Shown piece by piece: positions 28,881 through 39,833 of a stretch of DNA of 64,000 nt. The DNA is taken from contig OZ241875.1 of NCBI GenBank assembly GCA_965203325.1, positions 2,560,001 to 2,624,000 of the forward strand. The letters run 5' to 3'. The stretch's first letter is position 1, and each line of letters opens with the position of its first letter. The position numbers and the translations under genes were made by a program. This DNA comes from a bacterium. GTDB taxonomy: Bacteria; UBA8248. The notes beneath the pieces are model-generated. The model worked only from the letters and a program-made list of their open reading frames with translations, did no database searches and was not told where the DNA came from.

Positions 28881-30203
28881 TCAGCGCACGATTGTCCCGG
28901 CGACATCCGGCTTTCGTATCTCGAGGCGATCCTTCATGCAGATGTCATGGGCGGCGTTGACGAACACGTGGGTGCCTTTGGTCAGATCATGAACCGATGC
29001 GTGCTCGCCCTCCTTCGGGTAGTAGCCCGTGCCGCCGCCGCTGGCGCGGCCCTGGGGGCCGTAGCAGATCGCCGGAATCCCGGCGCGGGTCAGCGGTGCG
29101 GTGTCGGCGTACCAGCCGTCCCAGGTGATCTCGGGGCGTTCGCCCCAGACGAGGTCGTGCGAGGCGGAGATGCTGCGCACGACGTATTCCTCGGGCGATA
29201 TTTCGGCCGCGTGCGCCGTCTGGATGACCTGTAGCTCGATCTCCATGGCGGGGTCCTTATCCCGCAACTGCCGGATCACTTGGCCCACTTCGGCGATGAT
29301 ATCGCCGTGCATCTGGCCTGGCATGATCCCGACTTCCAGATAGAGCCGGCAGAAGCACGGCAGCTTGCTCGCCCGGAAGGGATGCCCTCCTTCGATGGCG
29401 ATGATGTTGACGTTTCCGGCCGGCTCCCCCTTGTAGCGGGTCCTGCCCAGGTAGTCCTCGCCCCAGCTCTTGAGGGCGGGTATGGCGTTCAGCATCTTCT
29501 CGATGGCGTCTTCGCCGGGCTTGATCTGCACCGTGGAGCCGCCGCGGCTGTAGGTGGCGGCCGGGTTGCCCCGGGTCATGAGTTCCATGAACACGTATCC
29601 GCCCGAGGACACCGAAATCCGGTTGGATGTCGGCTCGGGTATGACCACCATGTCGGCGGTGATGCCGTTGTTGACCATGAAGCGGGCGCCGATTCCGCAG
29701 CCCCGGTAGCGGGCGCCCTGGTAACGCCCCACCGGCGTGTGGCAAGTCTCGCCGACGACGCCGGCGATCATCAGGTTGCCGCGCAGCTTTGCCTTGGAGC
29801 GGGCCATGGCCTCCACGGCGAGGATGGCCGACGCGTGACCGCTCTTCATGTTGTAGGTGCCCATGCCGTAGATCCACTCGCCCTCGCGCCAGGATTTCGG
29901 CTGGTACCCCGGCCCGAGATCGCGGATGCCCTCCTCGTCGCCGCCGTAGGTCGTGTCCAGGTGGCCGCAGTACATCAGGGTGGGGCCGTCACCCGTTCCA
30001 TCGAGCTGGCCGTAGACGTTGTACCGATCCGGCTCGACCTCCTGCATCCAGGTCCGCAGGCCCGCCGCCCGGAAGCGGTCGGCGAGATATTCGGCGAGCG
30101 CCTTCTCGCCGCCCTCGGGGCTCGGGATGTCGACCATCTCCATGGTCAACTGGGCGATAGCTTCCTCGTCGACGTATGCCAGTGCGTCTTCGACCATGCT
30201 CAT
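28881..30203 (-). CDS. M20/ArgE-DapE-family metallopeptidase/deacylase
   Basis: DIPSPEGGE, CGHLDT, IYGMGTYNMKSG, IPEPT, CYGP, EHAS. Confidence 0.85.
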   Translation of the reverse strand: MSMVEDALAYVDEEAIAQLTMEMVDIPSPEGGEKALAEYLADRFRAAGLRTWMQEVEPDRYNVYGQLDGTGDGPTLMYCGHLDTTYGGDEEGIRDLGPGYQPKSWREGEWIYGMGTYNMKSGHASAILAVEAMARSKAKLRGNLMIAGVVGETCHTPVGRYQGARYRGCGIGARFMVNNGITADMVVIPEPTSNRISVSSGGYVFMELMTRGNPAATYSRGGSTVQIKPGEDAIEKMLNAIPALKSWGEDYLGRTRYKGEPAGNVNIIAIEGGHPFRASKLPCFCRLYLEVGIMPGQMHGDIIAEVGQVIRQLRDKDPAMEIELQVIQTAHAAEISPEEYVVRSISASHDLVWGERPEITWDGWYADTAPLTRAGIPAICYGPQGRASGGGTGYYPKEGEHASVHDLTKGTHVFVNAAHDICMKDRLEIRKPDVAGTIVR

Positions 30204-30304
30204 CGTTCGTCCCTCCTCGGTTCGCGCGATCCATGGCTACACGGACGCCTCGGCCTCTCGTGGCGGGCGCCCCGATGGCTATATGCCAGGAAACAATTGT
30301 CAGA

Positions 30305-31024
30305 CTACATGCCAAGGTACATCTGGCGAATGTTCGGGTCAAGCAAAAGCTCCGCCGAGTCTCCCTCGCGACGGTTCCGGCCCATGTCCAGCACGTATCC
30401 CCGGTCGGAATTCTCCAGGGCCTTGGCCGAGTTCTGCTCCACGACCAGGATGGATACGCCGTCGCGGTGAATCCGTTCGATGCTCTCGAAGATGGTTTCC
30501 ATCACCGTGGGCGCAAGCCCGATCGTCGGCTCATCCAGCAGGATGAGGGTCGGCCTGGTGACCATGGCCATCCCGAAGCTGAGCATTTGCCGCTGGCCGC
30601 CGCTCAGGGTCCGGGCCTTGCTGCGCTCCTTTTCCTTCAGGACGGGGAACAGGCCGAATACCCCTTCGCGAGAGCGGCGCCGCTCCTCGGTGTCGGTCAC
30701 CGTCCAGGCGCCGAGGTTGAGATGCTCGCTCACCGTCATCTGGGGAAAGATGTTGCGCCCCTGGGGGCAATACGCGACCCCGTGCTGGATGATCAGGTGC
30801 GGCTCGATACCGGTGATGTCCTCTCCCTCGAGAACGACCTTTCCGTCCGTCGGCTTCAGGTATCCCAGGATGGTCAGCAGAACGGTCGACTTGCCGGCGC
30901 CGTTCGGCCCGATGAGGGCGATCGTCTCGCCGCGGCCGACTTCGAGCGAGACGCCGTGCAGGATTTGCTTCTTGCCGTAGCCCGAGACGATTCCCTCGAC
31001 TTTGAGCAGCGTATCCCCGGCCAT
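30305..31024 (-). CDS. livF: Branched-chain amino-acid-type ABC transporter ATPase (LivF-like)
   Basis: GPNGAGKST, LSGGQRQM, LLDEPTIGLAP, VEQN. Confidence 0.9.
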   Translation of the reverse strand: MAGDTLLKVEGIVSGYGKKQILHGVSLEVGRGETIALIGPNGAGKSTVLLTILGYLKPTDGKVVLEGEDITGIEPHLIIQHGVAYCPQGRNIFPQMTVSEHLNLGAWTVTDTEERRRSREGVFGLFPVLKEKERSKARTLSGGQRQMLSFGMAMVTRPTLILLDEPTIGLAPTVMETIFESIERIHRDGVSILVVEQNSAKALENSDRGYVLDMGRNRREGDSAELLLDPNIRQMYLGM

Positions 31025-31027
31025 GGC

Positions 31028-31735
31028 TCAAGCCCCGAAATAAGCGGTGAGTACCGCCTCGTCCCGCCGGACTTCGTCCGGCGTACCTTCGGCTATCTTC
31101 TCACCCATGCTCAGAACGACGACGCGTTCGCAGTTGTTCATGATCACGTCCATGTTGTGTTCGATGATCAGAAAGGTCCTGCCTTCCTCATTCAGATGAT
31201 GGATCAGCTCCAGCAATTTCTTCTGCATCATGGGACTGACGCCGGCGGCCGGCTCGTCGAGCAGGATCAGCCCCGGATCGAGCATCAGGACCTGGATGAT
31301 GGAGAGCAGGCGCTGCTGGCCGAAGGAGAGGTCGCTCGCGTATTCGTCCTGTAAGTCGGACAGGCCGACGAACTCGAGAAGTTCATGGGCCCTGTCGCTC
31401 GCGGTGGTGTTTCGCGTCGGCAGGGTGGCGTTCTCCAGCAGGGTCATCTTGGGGAAGATGCGCGTCACCTGGAACGTGCGGCCGATTCCCTTGCGGGCGA
31501 TCTGGTAGGGCGGCAGACCCGTCACGTTCTCTCCGCGATAGAGAATGCGCCCGCCGTCGAGCGGCAGATATCCCACGATGGTATTGAACAGGGTCGTCTT
31601 GCCGGAGCCGTTGGGACCGATCAGGCCGACGATCTCGCCCTCTCCGACGGAAAAACCGCAGCCGGCGAGCGCATGGACGCCACCGAAGCTTTTCCGGACG
31701 TCGTGGATCTCGAGGATCGGACTATCGGCGGTCAT
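31028..31735 (-). CDS. livG: ABC transporter ATPase (LivG-like)
   Basis: GPNGSGKTT, GRTFQ, LSFGQQR, LLDEPAAG. Confidence 0.9.
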   Translation of the reverse strand: MTADSPILEIHDVRKSFGGVHALAGCGFSVGEGEIVGLIGPNGSGKTTLFNTIVGYLPLDGGRILYRGENVTGLPPYQIARKGIGRTFQVTRIFPKMTLLENATLPTRNTTASDRAHELLEFVGLSDLQDEYASDLSFGQQRLLSIIQVLMLDPGLILLDEPAAGVSPMMQKKLLELIHHLNEEGRTFLIIEHNMDVIMNNCERVVVLSMGEKIAEGTPDEVRRDEAVLTAYFGA

Positions 31736-31796
31736 GCTCCTCCCCCCGGGTGGCTCGAACAGTGTCCCGTGGTGCTGCGGGTTTTCGCCTCCATCG

Positions 31797-32744
31797 TCAG
31801 ATCCACCTCGTTTTCGGCAGGATCCCCATCTCCTTGAGGCGGACCAGGATGCCGTCGGGCATCCAGATAACCAGGCAGACCATAACGAGACCGAAGATGG
31901 TGATGTTGGCCTGTCCGAGGTGCAGCCAGACGTAGTCGCTGATGAGCTGGAGCGTGAAGGCGCCGATCACCGCACCGAGAACGGTTCCCAGCCCACCGAA
32001 CATGGCCATCACGATGGACAGCATGGTGTACTTGATATCGAAAGCCGCGAACGGTTCGATGTAGTGCAGAAAGGTGGCATGGATGCCGCCCGCCGTTCCG
32101 GCGAAGAAGGCGCTGCCGACGAACACGCTGACCTTCACGGCGGTGGTATTGACCGCGAGACCGCTCGCCGCGGCCTCGTCTTCGCGAACGGCGATCAGCG
32201 ACAGGCCGAAGTACGAACGGGCGAAGAACATGGTCGCCAGCACGATGCAGACCGCGAGCGCGAAGATGGCGTAGTACTTCTGGTTCAGGTTTCCCGCGAG
32301 GACGGGCATGCCGGCGCCGCCGCGCGTGAGCGGCGTCAGGTACTTGGTGGATATGAGCACCCGGGCGCCCTCGGCCAGCGCCAGCATGGAGATGGCGAAA
32401 TAGGCCCCGCGAATGCGCAGCAGCGGATAGCCTATCACTGCCGCGACGAGGGCGGAGACGAGCCCGCCCGTCAGGTAGCCCGGGATTAGTCCCATTTTGA
32501 AGTCGACGAAGCCGATCACCGATGCGTACATGCCGAGCCCGACGAACAGGACGAAGCCGAAATTGATATAGCCGGAAAAGCCGGAGAAGAAGTTCCAGGC
32601 GCCGGCGAGGCAGGTGTAGTAGAGGATCAGGAACAGCAGGGAAATCGCCGCCGGGTCCAAAAAGAGCGGCGCAGTAGCCGCGAGGACCGCGTAGGCGATG
32701 AGGCCCACGGCGCCGACGATAGGAATCGCTCGTCTCCAGGTCAT
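31797..32744 (-). CDS. livM: ABC permease (LivM-like)
   Basis: WNFFSGFSGYINFG, LRIRGAYFAI, REDEAAA. Confidence 0.9.
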   Translation of the reverse strand: MTWRRAIPIVGAVGLIAYAVLAATAPLFLDPAAISLLFLILYYTCLAGAWNFFSGFSGYINFGFVLFVGLGMYASVIGFVDFKMGLIPGYLTGGLVSALVAAVIGYPLLRIRGAYFAISMLALAEGARVLISTKYLTPLTRGGAGMPVLAGNLNQKYYAIFALAVCIVLATMFFARSYFGLSLIAVREDEAAASGLAVNTTAVKVSVFVGSAFFAGTAGGIHATFLHYIEPFAAFDIKYTMLSIVMAMFGGLGTVLGAVIGAFTLQLISDYVWLHLGQANITIFGLVMVCLVIWMPDGILVRLKEMGILPKTRWI

Positions 32745-32751
32745 GGCCGGA

Positions 32752-33627
32752 TCAATCCTCCACGCCGTAGCCGAGCAACCCCCGCCGCCGGATGGCCAGG
32801 ATCAGCACGATGATCAGGTAGGGCAGCACCTGCGCCATGCGCGTCGTCAGGAAATAGGTGCCGACGCTCTCGACGATGCCGAAGATATAGGCCCCCAGAA
32901 ATGCGCCGGGCAGACTCCCGAGGCCGCCGATGACGACGATGGCGAAGGCCTTGGCCACGTAGATCAACCCCATTTGCGGATAAATCGTCCACACCATCGC
33001 CACCATGGTCCCGCAGGCGCCCGCGAGCGCGATGCCGAGGCTGAAGGTCACCGTCATGACTTGTTTGACGTTGATGCCGCAGGCTTGCGCCAGACTCCGG
33101 TTCTGCGCGGTGGCTCGGATGGCCTCGCCGTATGCCGTGAACCGGAGGAGGGCGAAGAAAGCGGCGAGCAGAAGCAGCGCCAGCACGAAGGCGACGAGAT
33201 ATATCTTGCTCGTGGTGAGGAACCCGACCGTGATCGGCTCGCCCAGATAGTCAACCGAGCGAAAGGTCGGCGTGAAGACCACCTCCGCCGTGTTCCAGAG
33301 GATCATGGAGATCCCGAAGGTCAGCATCATCGGCGGCATCAGCCCGCGGACGGCGACGACGTTGATCAGGAAATGCCCCAGTCCGAAGCCGATGGCGAAG
33401 AGCACCGCTATGGTGAGGGGCAGCGCCAGCAGCGGATTCATGCCGAGGAAAGCCCAGGCGCCGAAGGTGGTGAAGGCGCCGAGCATCACGAATTCGCCGT
33501 GGGCCGCGTTGACGACCCCGCAGACGCCGAAGATCAGGCTCAGACCGATGGCCACCAGCGCGTACATCGTCCCCAGGATGATCCCGAACGCGATCAGCTC
33601 GCCGAGGGCGCCGAGGGTTTCGAACAT
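32752..33627 (-). CDS. livH: ABC permease (LivH-like)
   Basis: GTMYALVAIGLSLIFG...NAAHGEF, GGLGSLPGA. Confidence 0.9.
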   Translation of the reverse strand: MFETLGALGELIAFGIILGTMYALVAIGLSLIFGVCGVVNAAHGEFVMLGAFTTFGAWAFLGMNPLLALPLTIAVLFAIGFGLGHFLINVVAVRGLMPPMMLTFGISMILWNTAEVVFTPTFRSVDYLGEPITVGFLTTSKIYLVAFVLALLLLAAFFALLRFTAYGEAIRATAQNRSLAQACGINVKQVMTVTFSLGIALAGACGTMVAMVWTIYPQMGLIYVAKAFAIVVIGGLGSLPGAFLGAYIFGIVESVGTYFLTTRMAQVLPYLIIVLILAIRRRGLLGYGVED

Positions 33628-33745
33628 GCCGGGTTTCCCTAACGAAGGGTGGTTGGCCGAAGCCGGCGACCCGGTGCAGCCGCCGGGAGCCCGCATCGTG
33701 GCGGACTCCCGGCGGTATGCAACGGTTCCGACGGGGCGCTTTCGC

Positions 33746-35032
33746 TTACATGGCTTCCCACTTGAAGGGGTGCACGAACTTGGCGGAGGCGATCTTGCTC
33801 GGGTAGATCACCTCGGGCACCACCTTGCCGTTCTTGATCTGGTTCTGCAAAGCGAGTCGCGTGCCGCCGACCTGCAACCCGGAGTCGGGATGACCCAACG
33901 GGTTCACCCGGAAGCGTCCGAACACGGTGGCGCGGTCGAGCGAGAACATGGCGTCGCGGATGGCCGAGCGATTCTCCACCGAGCCGGCCCGTTTGACCGC
34001 CTCCTCGAGAATCTGGCAGCCGCCGTATCCGGCCGCCGCGAGCCAGTCGGGCGCCTTGTTGTACTCCTTGGCAAAGGCGTCGACGAACTTCTTGTTGCCG
34101 GGCCAGTCGGCCGTCGGGAGCCATTCGGTGTCGCTGCAATGCCAGGCCGCGTTCTTCCCGAGCGCCTGATTGAAGTCCACGTGGCCGAGAGCGGACATGT
34201 ACCAGATCGCCTTGGGCGCCCATTTCAACGACAGGGCGGCCTTGGCAATCAGGATGGAGTCGGCCGAGTAGCCGCCCCCGCAGAGCACCTCGGCACCGGC
34301 GTCCCGGGCCTTGCGGACCAGCGGCACCATGTCCTGAATCCCGATGGGATAGGCTTCGTCGAGGACGAGGTCGAGGCCCGCGTCCAGTATCCGCTTCCGC
34401 ACGCCCTCCGCCGCGGCGATAGGCATCGCGTCGTCGATGTGCAGCAGGGCGACCTTCTTCATCCCGGCGTTCTTGCACATCACTTCCATGCCGGCGAAGC
34501 GGTCGCGGCTCGGTACCATGAGCTGCACCTGCCAGTTAAGCTTCTGGCCCAGCCATATCTTCTGGCTGGAGGCGGTGGCGCTGACGGTGGGAATCTTCGC
34601 CGCGGCGACGATGGGCCGCACCGCCAGGTTGATGGAGCTGGCGTAGGGGCCGAGCAGCAGGTCGACCTTCTGGTTGTGGATGAGATGAAGCATGAGCCGC
34701 GCGCCCTGGGTGGGGTCGCTCGTATCGTCGAGAACGGTCAGTTCGACCTTGCGCCCGTTGATGAGCCCGGGCTCGCTGTGCGGAAGCTTCTCGTTGCCGT
34801 AGCTGTAGCCCTTCTCGTTGATGTGCTTGGCCCAAAGCTTGTAGCCTTCGACGCAGTAGAGCGCCTCGCGGGAATACCGCCCGGTGAGCGGCATCGGGCA
34901 GCCGATCTTGATGGGCTTCGCGGCGCGGGCCGACGTCAGGATTCCCGGCGCCGCCAGGGAGCCCAGGCCGGCCAAAGAACCAGCGGTCGAATACTTCAGG
35001 AACTCGCGTCTCGTGATCGTGCTCTTGGACAT
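33746..35032 (-). CDS. Leu/Ile/Val-family substrate-binding protein with Tat signal
   Basis: TRREFLK twin-arginine motif; IKIGCPMPLTG, DDTSDP, LLGPY. Confidence 0.9.
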   Translation of the reverse strand: MSKSTITRREFLKYSTAGSLAGLGSLAAPGILTSARAAKPIKIGCPMPLTGRYSREALYCVEGYKLWAKHINEKGYSYGNEKLPHSEPGLINGRKVELTVLDDTSDPTQGARLMLHLIHNQKVDLLLGPYASSINLAVRPIVAAAKIPTVSATASSQKIWLGQKLNWQVQLMVPSRDRFAGMEVMCKNAGMKKVALLHIDDAMPIAAAEGVRKRILDAGLDLVLDEAYPIGIQDMVPLVRKARDAGAEVLCGGGYSADSILIAKAALSLKWAPKAIWYMSALGHVDFNQALGKNAAWHCSDTEWLPTADWPGNKKFVDAFAKEYNKAPDWLAAAGYGGCQILEEAVKRAGSVENRSAIRDAMFSLDRATVFGRFRVNPLGHPDSGLQVGGTRLALQNQIKNGKVVPEVIYPSKIASAKFVHPFKWEAM

Positions 35033-35244
35033 TTCCGTTCCTCCCTGATGGGTGCGATTGGACCGTTACGCTTTGCGGGACATCACCGATGGACGTTCGA
35101 ACAAGCGGCATCGTGAGCCGACGATCTCTCACGCCGCAATTCAAACGCCGGGCGGTTCGTTACGCCCCGCACGATGGATTAAAAAGCCGATATGGATACC
35201 TCATGCTACCACCGGGACCCCGCCGAAGCAAACGAAAGTGCAGG

Positions 35245-35539
35245 GGGGTTGTTGAAAAACCCCTATCCGCCTCATCCTGAGTAGCGGCCCCTCGACTTCG
35301 CTCGGGGCAGGCTCCGCCGTTCCCCGACACCCCTCATCCTGAGTAGGCGCGTAAGCGCCGTATCGAAGGTCAAACGCGATTGATGAATGAGCGTTTGCTC
35401 TCGTCCCCGCGCGAGTTCCTCGCCCTTCGATACAAACGCTCCTTTCTCAGTCGCGTTTTACCTTCGGCGGCTACTCAGGGTGAGGAAAGAGGCGTTGGCG
35501 GTTTGCAGGGGTCGCAGACGAGGCTTTTTCAACAGCCCC
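35245..35539. mobile_element. MITE/REP composite, copy 1
   Basis: TIRs GGGGTTGTTGAAAAA / TTTTTCAACAGCCCC; internal CTCATCCTGAGTAG / CTACTCAGGGTGAG and GTATCGAAGG / CCTTCGATAC inverted pairs. Confidence 0.7.
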
Positions 35540-35742
35540 GGCGCATACGAAATTTCCAATCTTGCGCTTCATTGGCGAATTAGGTAACATTTTTCCATAT
35601 CTTTTCTTCTTTATACCTGAAACAAATTCGAATATCTGAGAGCGGAGTTACGCGTCCGCGTTCAGCACGTCTCCGTATGGGGGTGAGTGCATATTCGTGG
35701 ATTTTCACTCACTAAAACGTAGTCAACAGGAGGACTTGCGAT

Positions 35743-36783
35743 ATGAGGTGCGCGTGGAAACGAATCAATATCATCATGCTCGTTGCGGTTGTGGCGGTCT
35801 GGGCCTTTGGCGCAGGCGTCTCGGAAGCGGCCAAGCACAAACTCGTCGTGGGATCGGGCGGCGGCAACATCGGGGCGCCCATCCACGTCGCCAAGGTGAA
35901 GGGGTACTTCACGCAAGAAGACCTTGCGATCGAACACAAGATATTCTCCTCCGGCGCGGCCATGGTCGAGGCGCTCGCGGCGGGCGGCGTCGAGTTGGGC
36001 CACTCGGGGGATCTGCCGTTTGTCTCGCTGGCTGCCGCCAACGTGCCCGCATGCATCATCGCCCAGAACGGGCAGGACAAGGATTATCTCGAGATTTTCG
36101 TCGGCAAGGACCTGGGCATGACGAAACCCACCGACTTCTACGGGAAAAAGGTCGGGTTGCGGTTTGCATCCGCGGCCCACATTCTGTGGATCAACTTTCT
36201 TCAAAAATACAACCTGGACGCCAAAAAGATCCGGGTGGTGAACCTGACGCCGAACGATCTCATCGCCGCCTACAAGAACAAGGACGTGGACGGCGGGGTG
36301 GTCTGGTATCCGCATCTGACGACCGCGGAGCAGGTCCGCCCGACGCATTTTGCGCATTCCCAGTTGCTCAACAAGTTCGGCAAAATGGCGAAGCCCGCCA
36401 ACATCCACCTTTCCTTCACCCTCATCAGCGCGCGGAAAGCGGCGCTCAAGAACAAGCCGGACGCCATGAAGGCGTATATGCGGGCGATGCTGAAGTCCTA
36501 CCGGTTCATGAACGATTCGGGAAATCGCGCAGAGTTTCTGAAAATCCTGGGCAAGGCATACAAAATGTCCGCTCCCGCGATGAAACCCATTCTTGACAAC
36601 ACTTTCTACAGGCTTGAGATTACGGATGAAATGGTGAACGCCGAACAAGCGGTGGCCAATAATATGAAACGGGTCGGCAGGAAGCTCAAAAGAACGCCGA
36701 ACATAAGAGAATTCGTCTATACGGATCTCCTGAAGTCGGTCGCGAAGGATCTGGCGAAGACCGAAGGGGCCTGCAAGCTTTAG
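35743..36783 (+). CDS. SsuA/TauA/NMT1-family ABC substrate-binding protein
   Basis: Signal peptide; GYFTQEDL..E...FSSGAAMVEAL, GKKVG, VDGGVVWYP. Confidence 0.85.
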   Translation: MRCAWKRINIIMLVAVVAVWAFGAGVSEAAKHKLVVGSGGGNIGAPIHVAKVKGYFTQEDLAIEHKIFSSGAAMVEALAAGGVELGHSGDLPFVSLAAANVPACIIAQNGQDKDYLEIFVGKDLGMTKPTDFYGKKVGLRFASAAHILWINFLQKYNLDAKKIRVVNLTPNDLIAAYKNKDVDGGVVWYPHLTTAEQVRPTHFAHSQLLNKFGKMAKPANIHLSFTLISARKAALKNKPDAMKAYMRAMLKSYRFMNDSGNRAEFLKILGKAYKMSAPAMKPILDNTFYRLEITDEMVNAEQAVANNMKRVGRKLKRTPNIREFVYTDLLKSVAKDLAKTEGACKL

Positions 36784-36835
36784 GGGGACAGTCTCACTTT
36801 ACCGGTTTGGGGTGTCTGTATCGTGAACTTCCGAT

Positions 36836-37648
36836 ATGACGGTTAATCTGCAGGTACATCGGGTCTCGAAAGAATTCGTCGACCGGCGCGCCAAGTCTAC
36901 GGTGCGGGCGCTGGATGAAATAAACCTCGAGGTCCAAAAAGGCGAAGTCATCTGCATCCTCGGTCCCAGCGGATGCGGAAAATCCACCCTCCTGAACATC
37001 GTCGCGGGATTCCTCCCCCCCTCGGGGGGGGAGGTTCGCGTCGACGGGCACCCGGTCATCGAGCCGGGGCCCGACCGGGGTTTCGTCTTCCAGGAATTCG
37101 CCCTTTTCCCCTGGCGGACGGTGCTCGAGAATATCGAATTCGGTCCTGTCCTGAAGGGGATGGAAAAGACCGGCCGCCACGCCCGCGCGCGGGAACTCAT
37201 CCAGCGCATCCACCTTACGGGATTCGAGGACAAATACCCCTTCGAGCTTTCGGGCGGAATGAAGCAGCGCGTCGGGATCGCCCGGGCGCTGGCGAACGAT
37301 CCCGAGGTGCTGCTGATGGACGAGCCTTTTGGGGCATTGGACGCCCAGACGCGCCGGGTGATGCAGGAAGAGCTCCTGAAGCTTCTCGGTGAAACGAAGA
37401 AAACCGTCCTCTTCGTGACCCACGCGATCGACGAGGCCATCGTTCTGGCCGACCGGGTGCTGATCATGACGGCCCGCCCCGGCCAGGTGAAGGCCCTTCT
37501 CGGCGTCGACCTCCCCCGTCCCCGGGAGAGGACTTCTCCTGAATTCAACGAACTGTACCGGACGATGGACGACCTCATCCGGGTCGAGGTGGAGAAGGCG
37601 TCGGAAGTGCAGGATTCGGATTCCGCGGCTCCGGGAGAGGGCGCATGA
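36836..37648 (+). CDS. SsuB/TauB-type ABC ATPase
   Basis: GPSGCGKST, LSGGMKQR, LLMDEPFGALDA. Confidence 0.92.
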   Translation: MTVNLQVHRVSKEFVDRRAKSTVRALDEINLEVQKGEVICILGPSGCGKSTLLNIVAGFLPPSGGEVRVDGHPVIEPGPDRGFVFQEFALFPWRTVLENIEFGPVLKGMEKTGRHARARELIQRIHLTGFEDKYPFELSGGMKQRVGIARALANDPEVLLMDEPFGALDAQTRRVMQEELLKLLGETKKTVLFVTHAIDEAIVLADRVLIMTARPGQVKALLGVDLPRPRERTSPEFNELYRTMDDLIRVEVEKASEVQDSDSAAPGEGA

Positions 37649-38415
37649 ACAGAAGAATGGCGACGCGCGCCGCCTCTATCGGCGGATTGGTTATCCTCTG
37701 GTTCGTGGTTACGCATTACAAACTGGTCAATCCGCTCTTCCTGCCGCCGCCCAGGGAAGTCTGGGAGGGAGCGGTCGATCTTATTCAGGCGGGTGAGTTG
37801 CGGGAACACATTGCCGCCAGCCTATGGCGGATGTTCATGGGTTTCGTCGTCGGCTCCTTCACCGGCGTAGTCATCGGAATCCTGATGGGCCAGTTCCGGT
37901 TCTTCCACGCGGCCGTGGGGCCATTGGTCGAGATCATCCGGCCCATTCCCGGTCTGGCCTGGATCCCGGTGGCCCTTATCTGGTTCGGTATCGAAGACGC
38001 CTCCAAGGTATTCATCATATCCATGGGCGTGTTCCTCGCCGTCGTCACCAATACCTTCGTGGGAGTCCGCTCGCTGGATCCCGTTCTGGTGCGCGCCGCG
38101 CGCAGCCTGGGAGCCAACCGCCGGGACGTTTTCTTCCGCGTGGTCCTTCCCGGAACCCTCCCTCACATCTTCACCGGTTTTCGGCTGGGCGTTCAGGTCT
38201 CCTTCGCCTTGCTGGTCGCGGCGGAGCTGGTGGGTTCCACGTCGGGCCTGGGATTCCTGATCCAGGACGCCCGGAATTATTTCCGCGGGGATTTGGTCAT
38301 CCTGGGCATGGCCGTCATCGGCGCCCTGGGATTCAGCATCACGCGCCTCGTGGAAATCGCGGAGAGGTGGTTTCTCCGCTGGCATTCCACGAGCCGGGAA
38401 GGCGCTTTCTACTAG
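37645..38415 (+). CDS. SsuC/TauC-type ABC permease 1
   Basis: IRPIPGLAWIP, AARSLGA, VAAEL. Confidence 0.9.
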   Translation: MNRRMATRAASIGGLVILWFVVTHYKLVNPLFLPPPREVWEGAVDLIQAGELREHIAASLWRMFMGFVVGSFTGVVIGILMGQFRFFHAAVGPLVEIIRPIPGLAWIPVALIWFGIEDASKVFIISMGVFLAVVTNTFVGVRSLDPVLVRAARSLGANRRDVFFRVVLPGTLPHIFTGFRLGVQVSFALLVAAELVGSTSGLGFLIQDARNYFRGDLVILGMAVIGALGFSITRLVEIAERWFLRWHSTSREGAFY

Positions 38416-38423
38416 GAGAGACC

Positions 38424-39197
38424 TTGCAAACGCAATCCGTTTCAGGCCGCTTCGGAATATCCGCCGTCTCGGTGGCGGGCTTCGTCGTCCTCTGGCAGCT
38501 CTCCGTCACCCTCGGGCTGGTGGACCCGCTCATCCTGCCCTCCCCCTGGATGGCCATCCAGTCCGGGATCAGGCGCGCCGAAGGTGGTGAGCTTCTCCGC
38601 CACATCATCGCCTCGGTGCTTCGTATCACCGAGGGGTTCTTCCTGGGCTCCGCCCTGGGCGTCCTGCTCGGTTTGCTCATGGGTCAGGTCCGAATCATCG
38701 GCGATGCGCTCGAACCGATCGTGGACATATTCCGGCAAATTCCCGAGGTTGCGTGGATTCCCCTCGCCATCCTGATGTTCCAGATGGGGGAGGGTTCCAA
38801 GGTTTTCATCATCACCTACGGCGCGTTGTTTCCCGCCATCATCTGCACCTTCGACGGCGTCAGGATGACCGAGCCCGCCATCATCCGCGCGGCGCGCTCC
38901 CTGGGCGCGAGCCGGAGCCAGCTTTTCTGGCGGGTCACGCTGCCCGCCACCCTCCCCCACATCATGACCGGGCTTTGGATCGGACTCGGCTATGCTTTCC
39001 GCGGGCTCATCGCGGCCGAGTTGGCGGGGGCGCAGGAGGGAATCGGGTTCATGATCATGCTGGCGCGCGAAGACAACCTGACCGCGGACGCTTTCATGGG
39101 CATGGCGCTCATCGGGGTGATTGGCTTTTGCGCCATTTACGGCCTGGGCGCTGTCCGCAACCACGTTCTCCGCTGGCACGAGAGCACGCAGGAGTAA
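38424..39197 (+). CDS. SsuC/TauC-type ABC permease 2
   Basis: TTG start after AGGAG; RQIPEVAWIP, AARSLGAS, IAAEL. Confidence 0.88.
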   Translation: MQTQSVSGRFGISAVSVAGFVVLWQLSVTLGLVDPLILPSPWMAIQSGIRRAEGGELLRHIIASVLRITEGFFLGSALGVLLGLLMGQVRIIGDALEPIVDIFRQIPEVAWIPLAILMFQMGEGSKVFIITYGALFPAIICTFDGVRMTEPAIIRAARSLGASRSQLFWRVTLPATLPHIMTGLWIGLGYAFRGLIAAELAGAQEGIGFMIMLAREDNLTADAFMGMALIGVIGFCAIYGLGAVRNHVLRWHESTQE

Positions 39198-39833
39198 GGT
39201 TTTTCATTCGGCCCGTCCTCTCCTTCGGTTCGGACGCAGCGGCAAGACCCCGTCGGGCGTTAGTCCTTGCCAGTCATACCGGGGCGATACGCGCAGGGCC
39301 GACTCGTGAAACAGGGGGAGGTAGCGGAATCTCACAGACGTAGGAAATCCCCTGGTGTCTGAAAACGGGCGTAAGCTGAAGCCAAATTGAATCATGGGCC
39401 TGAATGATTCATTTGTCATACGAAAGTTGAAAAAAGGATTACGGGCTTTGACGCCAAACCAAAGCTTTTTCGCCCGATTGACCTGCCATATTCTCAGTGT
39501 TACATTGAGAATTCTTTAATATCTTTATACTTTTGACCACGCCATCAACGGTCTACCTGCGCTTTCCGAACCGCGAAAAGAGGTTCTCGATGGACGCGAA
39601 ACATGCGTGGTTTTTCCCGGCCGCTCGCGCCGATGACGTTCCCGAATCCAATGATAAAAAACCCCGAGAGGGAAACCGCGCACGGATATCTTTCGGAGGG
39701 AAGAGTTTTCGATGCCCCGACGCGCCGCCGCTACGCCGGCGTATCGGCCTACGCATCCGGGAAGCCTGACAAAGACGCGGAAGGCGCTGTTGCGCTTTCA
39801 TTTTCTTAAACCGAGAAACAGGGGAGGTCGGCT

